A stretch of DNA of 64,000 nt from Candidatus Aminicenantes bacterium (GCA_963742235.1 CAVULT010000004.1:25765-89764); one strand, 5' to 3'. Shown: positions 48,481 to 57,332, counted from the stretch's first letter. Notes: generated by a model not told the origin, from the sequence alone. Numbers and translations are program-made.

Positions 48481-48508
48481 TTACATAATGTATATATACA
48501 TTATGTAA
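48481..48508. repeat. Perfect 28-bp palindrome at the GC-to-AT composition boundary
   Basis: TTACATAATGTATA|TATACATTATGTAA. Confidence 0.9.
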
Positions 48509-48625
48509 TAACAATCTATTATCTAATAAACCAGGCCGAAATTTTTGTAATCTATTCTTATTAAACAATTTACACACGTATTCCACGGAACCTCATGTTG
48601 TTACTAAACGGTGTTAAACTTTTTA

Positions 48626-48673
48626 TTGACAAATGAGAAATACTATGCTATCTTGTATACATACAAGATAGCA
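48626..48673 (+). promoter_or_regulatory. Candidate promoter plus palindromic operator of the AbiEi-like gene
   Basis: TTGACA (48626-48631), 17 nt spacer, TATCTT (48649-48654). The palindrome TGCTATCTTGTAT-ac-ATACAAGATAGCA (48646-48673) overlaps the -10 element. Confidence 0.45.
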
Positions 48674-48721
48674 ACTGATCAAAAACGACTTATACGCATC
48701 CTAATAAGGCATATTATTAAC

Positions 48722-49597
48722 ATGAGAATATCAAGGCTAGGAATCGCTAAAAGAGATATTCAGAAGCTCTTTGACAACCTTCCCTCTAAGGTTCTGTCTC
48801 GTGCTCAAATCGAGACCATCTTATCTCAGAATAGAACCTTTTGGAGAGTGACCCAATCTACGTCGACTCAAGATTTCATTGATTTTCTTCTAAAGGACGC
48901 AAAATTAAAAGCCGCTAAGTTCAGTTTCCCGTCTCGAACCATAGACAGATATGTCTGGGGGGAGGCCCCAACTCTTGAGATAGTCTTATCACTGAAACCC
49001 AATTCCTATTTCTCTCATTACACTGCTGTATATCTGCATGAACTTACTGAACAGGTTCCTAAAACAGTTTACCTGAACTCTGAGCAACTGCTGAAGCCTC
49101 TGATAGACACAGAGCTCACTCAACATGGGATTGACTCAGCAATGAAAAAGCCATGGCGGGCCTCGAGTTCCATCAGTTCCTATAATGATATAAGAATTTG
49201 CGTTTTAAACGGAATGCATACTGGACAGCTAGGCGTCATAAACATAACCGGGCCTGAAGGAGAGACCATACCCGTTACAAATATCGAAAGGACTCTAATC
49301 GATATAGCCGTAAGACCTATTTACGCAGGGGGAATATATGAAGTCTTAAAAGCTTATCGTTTAGCCCGTACCAAAGTATCAATAAATCGATTATCAGCGA
49401 TACTAGGGAAGCTAAAATATAAATATCCTTATCATCAGGTTATCGGATTTTACCTAGAAAAAGCCGAGGTTTACAGCGAATCACAGATTGATCTCCTAGA
49501 AAACCGAGAGATGAAGTTCGACTTCTATCTAACGCACGAAATAGCCGATGCCGACTACTCAAAGAAGTGGCGGTTGTTCTTCCCAAAGGGATTTTAG
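48722..49597 (+). CDS. AbiEi-family (COG5340-like) antitoxin/transcriptional regulator homologue
   Basis: YFSHYTAVYLHELTEQVPKTVYL and IPVTNIERTLIDIAVRPIYAGGIYEVLKAY match the AbiEi C-terminal pattern. ATG at 48722; the GTG at 48611 lies inside the promoter. Confidence 0.6.
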   Translation: MRISRLGIAKRDIQKLFDNLPSKVLSRAQIETILSQNRTFWRVTQSTSTQDFIDFLLKDAKLKAAKFSFPSRTIDRYVWGEAPTLEIVLSLKPNSYFSHYTAVYLHELTEQVPKTVYLNSEQLLKPLIDTELTQHGIDSAMKKPWRASSSISSYNDIRICVLNGMHTGQLGVINITGPEGETIPVTNIERTLIDIAVRPIYAGGIYEVLKAYRLARTKVSINRLSAILGKLKYKYPYHQVIGFYLEKAEVYSESQIDLLENREMKFDFYLTHEIADADYSKKWRLFFPKGF

Positions 49598-50482
49598 GGT
49601 TTCGCAGATCTTCAGAACATAATCAAAATAGTAATCGAATTCTTTTAGTTCTGTCCCTGCTTTTACGGTATCCTTCACAGCATTAAAATCTTCTTTGTGG
49701 AATTCCCTATAGAGGTGGATTTTTCCTAATAATTCGATGGGCACTTTCTTTGCGGCAAATATGCACCCGAGCATTTCCATATTTTCTTCAGTGTCAACTC
49801 GAATGCCGAACTCCTTTATAAGGCAATGAATATCAATGAAATCCCTGGACCTCGCCGTATTATGACCGCTCTTTACCTTTTCTCGGTATTCCGGCATTTG
49901 CTGACAGATTGCCCTGAGCTTTTCAAAAACAATCATTTCGGGGGAATAAAGATAAATTCTATAGCCCTCGAAATCGAAACCTTGCTTTTTTTCACAAAAC
50001 TCATATTTACTTATTTGGATAATGAACTTTCGCCTTTGCCTTGGGCCGACTACAAGGGCATTTCTCCTTAGTGAATCCTTGCTATCCTTAAGTTGAGCAT
50101 ACTTACTTTTTTCAAGAACCTTAAACCTTATTTCATAACCTCCCCAGAAACCCTCGAGCTCAGGACTTAACTCTTTCGGCTCTTCGGAAAATTCAAAATC
50201 AAAAACGGCGTATCCTTCAGAATCAAATGTATCAATAAGAGACTTTTGCGTCTTCGCTTTAACCATTTCAAGTTCAGGTTGATTAAAGTCACTCCCTATA
50301 GACAAATCTATGTCAATAGAAGACCGAATCGACACTCCGTATACTAGGTCTATAGCATTGCCTCCTTTAAGCACCAACTTTTCCATTAGTTCATCATCCG
50401 AGAACATTGCAACCAAAGCTAGTCTCTTCACTTTTTCGAGATAGACTAATTCCGGACTGCTTTTCTTACGCTCTTTCTTCAT
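49559..50482 (-). CDS. Nucleotidyltransferase AbiEii/AbiGii toxin family protein (DUF1814)
   Basis: LVLKGGNAIDLVYGVSIRSSIDIDLS (LKGG...R.S.DiD NTase core). About 300 aa. AT-rich codon usage. Confidence 0.8.
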   Translation of the reverse strand: MKKERKKSSPELVYLEKVKRLALVAMFSDDELMEKLVLKGGNAIDLVYGVSIRSSIDIDLSIGSDFNQPELEMVKAKTQKSLIDTFDSEGYAVFDFEFSEEPKELSPELEGFWGGYEIRFKVLEKSKYAQLKDSKDSLRRNALVVGPRQRRKFIIQISKYEFCEKKQGFDFEGYRIYLYSPEMIVFEKLRAICQQMPEYREKVKSGHNTARSRDFIDIHCLIKEFGIRVDTEENMEMLGCIFAAKKVPIELLGKIHLYREFHKEDFNAVKDTVKAGTELKEFDYYFDYVLKICETLKSLWEEQPPLL

Positions 50483-50506
50483 CTTCCCTATTCTTTCTGA
50501 ACTTTA

Positions 50507-50776
50507 TTAGCTCGTCCTTACCCGTCTTTTCTCATACTCGATATTCAGGAACTCCCAGAACGGGATGTCCTTCCCGACATCCTCCTTAGCCTCAGGTGGG
50601 AGTCGCTTTTCGAGGGACCTCATATAACTCATCAGGAACCTGTGCTTGAGCTCCATGCCTAGGTCGTCTTCGTACCAGAGACGATAGTCTGGAGTCTTCC
50701 TACCCTCCTCGGCCACGGTGACGCTTCCTGGGTAGCCGCCCCCCTCGAAATGGATGGTGACCTTGGCGTCGGCCAT
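50507..50776 (-). CDS. Orphan ORF, probably the 3' remnant of a longer gene
   Basis: 89 aa from the only ATG. The same frame stays open upstream to 50953 (148 codons) with no ATG/GTG/TTG. No family recognised. The stop lies 24 nt before the AbiEii-like start. Confidence 0.3.
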   Translation of the reverse strand: MADAKVTIHFEGGGYPGSVTVAEEGRKTPDYRLWYEDDLGMELKHRFLMSYMRSLEKRLPPEAKEDVGKDIPFWEFLNIEYEKRRVRTS

Positions 50777-51301
50777 GCTCTTCGAAGTACAGCCCCCGAA
50801 CTTCTGCTGGATGCCCCAATTGGTACACGCCCATGCCGGGGTCGTCCCGTTGTGCTCGAACAGGATTGAGTCGACCTTCTTCCGCCAGAGTAGGAATTCA
50901 ACGTTGGACCGCTCGAGTTTCGTGGGTTCCCCTACCAGCCTGGGGGATTCCGCCTAACCATTGCGTCCTCATTGTAGGACAGACCTGGGGATATGCCAAC
51001 TGCTAACCTAGCAAGCTATTCTCAGATGTTGTGCCAAAAGAATTTTCCCAGAAATTTTCGGCAGATAGGTTGGATGCCCCCGGCTCGAACCCAGCACCTT
51101 TCTTGTTATGACGTTCCTTGAATATCCCCTGGTGCCCGCCCATGACGGCCCTCGTCCGGCGTCCTGGGTGGCGGGCAGACTGGTCCCCGTGTAACGCCGG
51201 TGTAACAGATTTTGCTAAAACTCGTCTAACTTGGCTTAATTGGGCTTAAACGGAAAACGACAAAGAACAACGGTCCATAGGGGAAAAATATGGGGAAAAG
51301 A

Positions 51302-51378
<77 letters not shown>

Positions 51379-51496
51379 GCGAGGGCCCGCCTATTATAGA
51401 GAAACACCCGGCCACTTTCAAGGAGCCACCGGCCGACGGCCGCCTCTCGCGAAAGACGGGGTGTTTCTGCTAAACTGGTGCCAGGGAGGGAAAACC

Positions 51497-51793
51497 ATGG
51501 CAAAGCTCACCAAAACCGACGAATTCCTGGAACGGCTCGGCATCGAGATGGACCACGTCAAGGCCGGGCTGACCGAGCTCAAGGCCAGGGGCCGGAAGCT
51601 CGGTCTCGAGGCGCGCCTCGATTTCGAAAAGGGCCTCGACTCGATCGAGAAGACGCAGAAGGACCTCAAGGTCCGGATGGAGGAATGGGCCAAGGCCGGC
51701 GGAAAGGCCGGGGCGGACGTGAAGACGGGGCTGGAACGGGCCGCCAAGGAGCTCAAGAAGGCCGTCAGCGACGCCGCTTCCCGCCTCAAATGA
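51497..51793 (+). CDS. Small coiled-coil protein, hypothetical
   Basis: MAKLTKTDEFLERLG... is a 98-aa, Lys/Glu/Ala-rich helical protein, preceded by GGGAGGG. Confidence 0.4.
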   Translation: MAKLTKTDEFLERLGIEMDHVKAGLTELKARGRKLGLEARLDFEKGLDSIEKTQKDLKVRMEEWAKAGGKAGADVKTGLERAAKELKKAVSDAASRLK

Positions 51794-51821
51794 CCGCCTG
51801 AATCGCGGGGCGCGTCGATCG

Positions 51822-53552
51822 ATGCCCATCCACAACAACGACGTCGCCGAGATCTTCGACGAGCTGGCCGATCTGCTCGAGATCAAGGGCGAGAACCAGT
51901 TCCGCGTCCGGGCCTACCGGAACGCCGCACGGACGGTCGCCGGCCTCACCCGGAGCGTGGCCGATCTCGCCGCCGAGGAGAAGGGCCTCGACGGCATCCC
52001 CGGCATCGGCAAGGACCTCGCGGACAAGATCCGGACGATCGTCGCCACGAAGAAGCTGCCGATCCTCGAGGAAACGAGGAAGGAGCTGCCCGCCGGCTTG
52101 AGCGCGCTGATGAGGGTCCGGGGCCTCGGCCCGAAGAAGATCGCGCTCCTCTACAAGGAGCTCAAGGTCGCTTCGCTCGAGGACCTGAAGAAGGCGGCCG
52201 CCGAAGGCAAGATCCGCGAGCTTCCCGGCTTCACCGAAAAGACGGAACAGGCGATCCTCGAGGGCATCGGCCGGACCAAGGTCAGCGAGCGCGGGCCGGA
52301 GAGGTTCAAGCGGGCGATCGCGGAGCAGATCGTGACGCCGCTCTTCGAGGACCTGAAGAAAGCCAAGGGCGTCGAGGAGATCTCGATCGCCGGGAGCTAC
52401 CGCCGCTGGGCCGAGACGGTCGGCGACGTCGATATCCTGGTCGCCGCCGAGAAGAGCGCCGACGTCATGGACCGATTCATCCATTACGACGACGTGTCCA
52501 AGGTCCTGGCCGAGGGCGACACAAAAGCCTCGGTCCTCCTCCGCGGCGGGCTGCAGGTCGACTTGAGGGTCGTGCCGCTCGAATCGTGGGGCGCCGCCCT
52601 CCACTATTTCACCGGATCCAAGCCGCACAACATCGCCGTCCGGCTCATGGGCGTCAAGCGCAAGCTCAAGGTCAACGAGTACGGCGTCTTCCGCGGCAAG
52701 AAGATGATCGCCGGGCGGACGGAAGAGGATATCTACAAGCTCTTCGGCCTCCCCTACATCGAGCCCGAGCTCCGGGAGGACCGGGGCGAGCTCCAGGCCG
52801 CGGCCAAGGGCAAGCTGCCGCGCCTCGTACCACTCGAGGACATCAGGGGCGACCTCCACGCCCACACGAAGACGACCGACGGCCGCTACACCGCCCTGGA
52901 AATGGCCGAGGCCGCGAAGAAGCTCGGCTACGACTACTTAGCTATCAGCGATCATTCGAAGCGCGTGACCATGGCCCACGGCTTGGACGCCAAGGGACTG
53001 GCCAAGTCCGTCAAGGAGATCGACAAGCTCAACGCCAAGCTCAAGGGCATCACGTTGCTGAAGTCGATCGAGTGCGATATCCTCGCCGACGGCTCGCTCG
53101 ACCTTCCCGACTCGATCCTGAGCGAGCTCGACCTCGTGCTCTGTTCGATCCACTACAACTTCAACCTGCCGAAGGAGAAACAGACCGGGCGCGTCATCCG
53201 GGCCCTGGACAACCGCCTGGTCAACATCTTCTGCCACCCCTCGGGCCGGCTCATCAACGAGCGTCCGGCCTACGAGATCGACCTCGAGAAGGTCATGAGG
53301 GCGGCCGTCGAGCGCGGCTGCTACCTCGAGCTCAACGGCCATCCGGACCGCCTCGACCTCGACGACGTCCATTGCCAGATGGCCAAGGAGATGGGGTTGA
53401 AGATCGCCATATCGACCGACGCCCACAGCCTGGACGACCTGGCCCTGATGAGGTTCGGGATCGGTCAGGCGCGGCGCGGCTGGCTCGAGCCGTTCGACGT
53501 CATCAACACGCGGAGCCTGGCGGAGCTGCGCAAGATCCTCAAGAGGACGTAG
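51822..53552 (+). CDS. polX: DNA polymerase/3'-5' exonuclease PolX (family X polymerase plus PHP domain)
   Basis: NNDVAEIFDELADLLEIKGENQFRVRAYRNAAR, HhH motifs, the GSYRR...VGDVDIL palm, and the PHP motif GDLHAHTKTTDG. Confidence 0.9.
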   Translation: MPIHNNDVAEIFDELADLLEIKGENQFRVRAYRNAARTVAGLTRSVADLAAEEKGLDGIPGIGKDLADKIRTIVATKKLPILEETRKELPAGLSALMRVRGLGPKKIALLYKELKVASLEDLKKAAAEGKIRELPGFTEKTEQAILEGIGRTKVSERGPERFKRAIAEQIVTPLFEDLKKAKGVEEISIAGSYRRWAETVGDVDILVAAEKSADVMDRFIHYDDVSKVLAEGDTKASVLLRGGLQVDLRVVPLESWGAALHYFTGSKPHNIAVRLMGVKRKLKVNEYGVFRGKKMIAGRTEEDIYKLFGLPYIEPELREDRGELQAAAKGKLPRLVPLEDIRGDLHAHTKTTDGRYTALEMAEAAKKLGYDYLAISDHSKRVTMAHGLDAKGLAKSVKEIDKLNAKLKGITLLKSIECDILADGSLDLPDSILSELDLVLCSIHYNFNLPKEKQTGRVIRALDNRLVNIFCHPSGRLINERPAYEIDLEKVMRAAVERGCYLELNGHPDRLDLDDVHCQMAKEMGLKIAISTDAHSLDDLALMRFGIGQARRGWLEPFDVINTRSLAELRKILKRT

Positions 53553-54456
53553 GCGGTTCCTCGTCGCACGAACCGGTGGCGCACGTGGCGCCGTCCTCGG
53601 TCTCGATCTGGAAGGTCGAGTGGCGGACCTTGAAGCGCGAGGAGATGGCCTCGTGGGCCCGCCGCAGCACGTCCTTCGTCTCCACCCCGGATCGAACCCT
53701 CAGGTGGGCGCTCAGCGAAACGAACCCCGAGGTGATGGTCCAGACGTGGAGGTCATGGACGTCGGCGACGCCGTCGAGTCCGGCCAGGGTCGCGCGGACG
53801 GCGGCGGTATCGAGGTGAGCGGGCGCGCCTTCCATGAAGACGCGGAAGGAATCGCGGATGAGACGGGCCGAGCTCCAGAGGATGAGCAGGCAGACCGCCG
53901 CGCTGACGATGGGGTCCCAGATGAAGGAGCCGGTCGCGGCGATGAGCAGGGCCGCGACGAGGACGCCGACGCTCCCGATCGCGTCGGCCGCGACGTGGAG
54001 GAAGGCCCCGCGGATGTTGAGGTTGCGCTCGCGGCTCCGATAGAGAACGGCCCCGGCGACGATATTGGCGAGGAGGCCGAAGACGGCGACGGCGAGCATC
54101 AGGCCGCCCTTGACCGGCCGGGGCGATTGGAGCCTCAGGAAGGCTTCATAGCCGATCACGGCGGCGATGAGCCAGAGCGCGACCCCATTTAGAAAGGCGG
54201 CGAAGATCTCGAAGCGCCGCCAGCCGAAGGTGCGCCCGGACGACGCGGGACGCGCGGACAGCCAGAAGGCGAAGAGGCCGAGGCCGAGCGCCGCGACGTC
54301 GGTCAGCATGTGCCCCGCGTCGGCCAGAAGAGCCAGGCTGCGACTGAGGAAGCCCCCGACGACCTCGACGACGAGCACGGCGGCGGTGATGACCAGGGCG
54401 ATCTTCAGCGGCCGCTGATGCTGATGAGCGTTGCGATTCCGCCCGGCCTGGTTCAT
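53539..54456 (-). CDS. Cation diffusion facilitator family transporter (CzcD/ZitB-like)
   Basis: LLADAGHMLTDVAA...HVAADAIGSVGV... Cys/His-rich C-terminus. Start chosen at MNQAGRN; 54498 is the alternative. Confidence 0.85.
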   Translation of the reverse strand: MNQAGRNRNAHQHQRPLKIALVITAAVLVVEVVGGFLSRSLALLADAGHMLTDVAALGLGLFAFWLSARPASSGRTFGWRRFEIFAAFLNGVALWLIAAVIGYEAFLRLQSPRPVKGGLMLAVAVFGLLANIVAGAVLYRSRERNLNIRGAFLHVAADAIGSVGVLVAALLIAATGSFIWDPIVSAAVCLLILWSSARLIRDSFRVFMEGAPAHLDTAAVRATLAGLDGVADVHDLHVWTITSGFVSLSAHLRVRSGVETKDVLRRAHEAISSRFKVRHSTFQIETEDGATCATGSCDEEPPTSS

Positions 54457-54487
54457 CGACCTACCCTTGACACTTCGTTCGGCGGCA

Positions 54488-55423
54488 TCAACCATCATGC
54501 TCTTTCTCCTGAGCCTGCCATGGTCCCCCGGCCGGCCAAAATGCGTCGAATTCGACATTCCCCACGGCTGCCCATGCCGGAGGGAGCACAAAGTCTCTTA
54601 TGCATCCGATGACATGACACAAATCGATATCAACCGAGCCCTTTCCAATCCTGGTCAAGAACTGCTTCCAGAGTAGCTGTTTTTCGGGGAGACGACCGAA
54701 CGCGTCGCTCAAGCCATCGGGAATCCCGGAGGGAATCGCGGATTTCCCATCTTCGAATATCATTTGAAGCCCATTTCTCAGATCCGTTCCCTCGAAGGCG
54801 AAATGACGAGATAGCTGGAATATATCAAAATGATCCTTAACCCGGCTGTTCAGCATCCCCAGCTTGCACAGCGCATGGAACTTGTCGGCTATCGTCAATT
54901 CCTTCGGATAGATCGAAATCCGCGGAGCCGGGAAAGAAAGCAGGGCAGGAAAATCGACTTTCGGGGGCTTCAATATTATCCGTCCGACGGCCACGTCGAA
55001 TTGCAGCCTGATGCGAATCCGCCCCAGGTGCGCTGTCAAAAAAGCACGTAGGCCGCCGAAATCGTCTTGACCCCGGATGGGCTCGACAGAAACGGAATCT
55101 GGATCGAATTCAAGGCCGTCGGACTCAACGTCCTGTCGGCAGACTTGGATGAAGACTCTGTTAATCTCGTCCGGGGAGGGCTCGAAGATCCCAAGGAAAT
55201 CCATATCCCGGGTTGGTCGATACAGCTGATGCCCCCAAAGCTCGAAGGAGAATGCTCCCTTAAGGATAAGCCGGTCAGCGAATGGACTCCGGGATATTCG
55301 ATAGAGAAATCTTTCCAGCCCATAACGGTTCAGGATAACCTGAAAATCCTCTCCCCTTGAAGCACGAAGGTTCAATAGCCGTTGATTAACGGAGGCCGCA
55401 ATATTCCTAATTTCATGCTTCAA
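54488..55423 (-). CDS. Nucleotidyltransferase AbiEii/AbiGii toxin family protein (DUF1814)
   Basis: RLILKGAFSFELWGHQLYRPTRDMDF (NTase core). 311 aa. The start overlaps the upstream AbiEi stop by 4 nt. Confidence 0.8.
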   Translation of the reverse strand: MKHEIRNIAASVNQRLLNLRASRGEDFQVILNRYGLERFLYRISRSPFADRLILKGAFSFELWGHQLYRPTRDMDFLGIFEPSPDEINRVFIQVCRQDVESDGLEFDPDSVSVEPIRGQDDFGGLRAFLTAHLGRIRIRLQFDVAVGRIILKPPKVDFPALLSFPAPRISIYPKELTIADKFHALCKLGMLNSRVKDHFDIFQLSRHFAFEGTDLRNGLQMIFEDGKSAIPSGIPDGLSDAFGRLPEKQLLWKQFLTRIGKGSVDIDLCHVIGCIRDFVLPPAWAAVGNVEFDAFWPAGGPWQAQEKEHDG

Positions 55424-56049
55424 ACAATGGCCTCTGCGTAGGGTTTGATGACCTTCCAGATGCGGCAGACCAGAGCCGCTTGATAAAGCTCATCAGAGCC
55501 AAATCGCCGGGCTCGATATCCTTCTTTTAGTGCTTCGATGGCCACGTCGAGCCCTACCTTATTTCGATACTTGAAACAGTCCGCCACTGTCTTGGCCGGG
55601 TCCGTGATTCTGAGATTCGTTCCAAGAATCTTATGCTCTCCGACGCCATAATGGAGAGACGCGTCGGAGAAGCGGACAATTCTCACGAGAGTATTGCCAA
55701 TCCTCGGTTTTGCAGCTTTTCTGCCGATCGCGATCCATACTTGATAGGGATCCTGAGTTCCGATCCCGTGGAAGCGCAGGGCCGTAAGGAGGCAAATGAC
55801 CCCGCCGGGAACTTTGTTTGCAGCTTCGAGGAGACTAATGTGCTCGGTTTCCGGGCCGCCGGGCAACATATAGAGACCCCGTTGGGCTCGAACCACTCGT
55901 CCTTTTCGCACGAGGCGCATCAGGGCTGTCCGAGGCAGACCGTGCTTATTGAGGTCACGAGAGCGTATAAATGCGCTCCCCTTGAGCAGTTCCAGGATTT
56001 TTTCTTCTTGTCTCACGTTAGCTACCCAATTGTTACTAATAATCGGCAC
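55420..56049 (-). CDS. Type IV TA system AbiEi family antitoxin
   Basis: N-terminal wHTH reads FIRSRDLNKHGLPRTALMRLVRKGRVVRAQRGLYMLP. C-terminal part reads CLLTALRFHGIGTQDP...ITDPAKTVADCFKYRNKVGLDVAIEAL. GTG start at 56049. Confidence 0.8.
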   Translation of the reverse strand: MPIISNNWVANVRQEEKILELLKGSAFIRSRDLNKHGLPRTALMRLVRKGRVVRAQRGLYMLPGGPETEHISLLEAANKVPGGVICLLTALRFHGIGTQDPYQVWIAIGRKAAKPRIGNTLVRIVRFSDASLHYGVGEHKILGTNLRITDPAKTVADCFKYRNKVGLDVAIEALKEGYRARRFGSDELYQAALVCRIWKVIKPYAEAIV

Positions 56050-56098
56050 TTATTAACAAGTGCCGATTAATTGTAACATCGATAAATCGGCATTTCAA
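56040..56098 (-). promoter_or_regulatory. Candidate abiE promoter with three AATCGGCA-type half-sites
   Basis: Minus strand: TTGAAA (56093-56098), 17 nt spacer, TACAAT (56070-56075). A 12-bp inverted repeat TAATCGGCACTT (56040-56051) / AAGTGCCGATTA (56058-56069) spans the start codon. A third copy, AAATCGGCA (56084-56092), abuts the -35 element. Confidence 0.45.
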
Positions 56099-56240
56099 GG
56101 GGAGAACAATCATTTATCTAAAGAAACTTGAATAAGGATCGGGCTTATTAAAGGAAAACGGTTTATCCTTTAATAGGGGCTAAGGTGGAAGCGAACACGG
56201 ATTGAGAAGGCAGGGGCCGAACCTGATGCTTTTCGGCGCC

Positions 56241-57332
56241 TCATTTATCTCCTCCCCGTTCTTCAGGGTCGCGTTGACCCGAGACGATAGCTATAATATC
56301 GATAACTGATCGAGTCGCCTCAATACAGAGCGCAGCATCTCGAAACGATGCTGTACGACGATGCTGCAGGTTGACTGCCAGGTCAAAAGACGCTTTTGCG
56401 AACTTTCTGTGATATTCATTTGATTGGCCACCGAGCGCGCTAGCAATATAGGCTTCAAGCATCCTCTTAGCATCGGATTCACTCGGACAGGTGCCATCAT
56501 AAGAAGTATGCAGCTTCGGATCATAAACTGCCTGGGCAAGCGAAATGATGGCCTCCCTGCACAGGAGAGCAAGGGCCTGGAAATCCTCCTCGTTCTCCGC
56601 CCGCTCCATAGCTCTCCCAATTTTGTCGACATTTCTATCTATTCGAACCCAACCGGTAGGTTCGGATAGTTTTATCTCTGCTCCCTTGCTAAGGTGCAGA
56701 GCGTCTAAAAGAGGTTGGCACAGAGCATTGACATAGAGCCTTCGCGATTGATATGTTGGTAAGCTTCCGTCACTCCACTTATCGTACCATGTCCAAAGGT
56801 CAGGAAAGGGATTTGGGTCTTCTATCCCGACTATCTGAAGTTGTTCCTTAATCTCGATTCTTCTCTTTTCATATTCCTCATTTACGTCCTTTAGGCGCGG
56901 CCCGCCAGTTGCCACGGCAATCATTAAATTCTTCTGTATTTCTATTTTCTGGCTAAGCTGCTTAGCCAATTCTCTAGGAATCCCTGGCGGCAGCCTATTG
57001 GCCTCTGACGCACTTGCCGGAATAGCCCTTGCCCGGAGCGACTTAAGATAAGCTCCGCTGGGGAGGATGGCTCCGATAGCATTCTCTATGCTCTTCCTTA
57101 ATGGGTGAGTATGCTGAGTGATGATTTCGTAAGTTTTTCTTGGGCAGGAGACTTCAATAAGGAGCCCGTCGAGCTGGCGGCTGCCATCCATCGAATAATC
57201 TATAATGTCGAAGCTCTCGAAGGTGCATGATCGCAAGAGATTTGCCGCCTCTACTTCTTTTCCATCAACTAAGAATTGGATAGCGGCTGCAAGTATCTCC
57301 CCGTTAATATTCATATTCTCTATTCTGGACAA
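56241..57332 (-). CDS. Uncharacterised 363-aa protein (defence-islet context)
   Basis: Long ORF with islet-like (lower-GC) codon usage. No catalytic motif recognised. Conserved-looking block DLWTWYDKWSDGSLPTYQSRRLYVNAL. The C-terminus is helical. Confidence 0.5.
   Translation of the reverse strand: MSRIENMNINGEILAAAIQFLVDGKEVEAANLLRSCTFESFDIIDYSMDGSRQLDGLLIEVSCPRKTYEIITQHTHPLRKSIENAIGAILPSGAYLKSLRARAIPASASEANRLPPGIPRELAKQLSQKIEIQKNLMIAVATGGPRLKDVNEEYEKRRIEIKEQLQIVGIEDPNPFPDLWTWYDKWSDGSLPTYQSRRLYVNALCQPLLDALHLSKGAEIKLSEPTGWVRIDRNVDKIGRAMERAENEEDFQALALLCREAIISLAQAVYDPKLHTSYDGTCPSESDAKRMLEAYIASALGGQSNEYHRKFAKASFDLAVNLQHRRTASFRDAALCIEATRSVIDIIAIVSGQRDPEERGGDK

Noticed and set aside
51071-51098. 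tRNA-like 3' fragment (rc GGTGCTGGGTTCGAGCCGGGGGCATCCA), considered as a possible att or pseudo-tRNA remnant of the islet.
   Set aside because: The T-stem does not pair, no acceptor partner or anticodon arm is present, and it does not match the tRNA-Asp 3' end. The resemblance rests only on a GGTTCGAG box.
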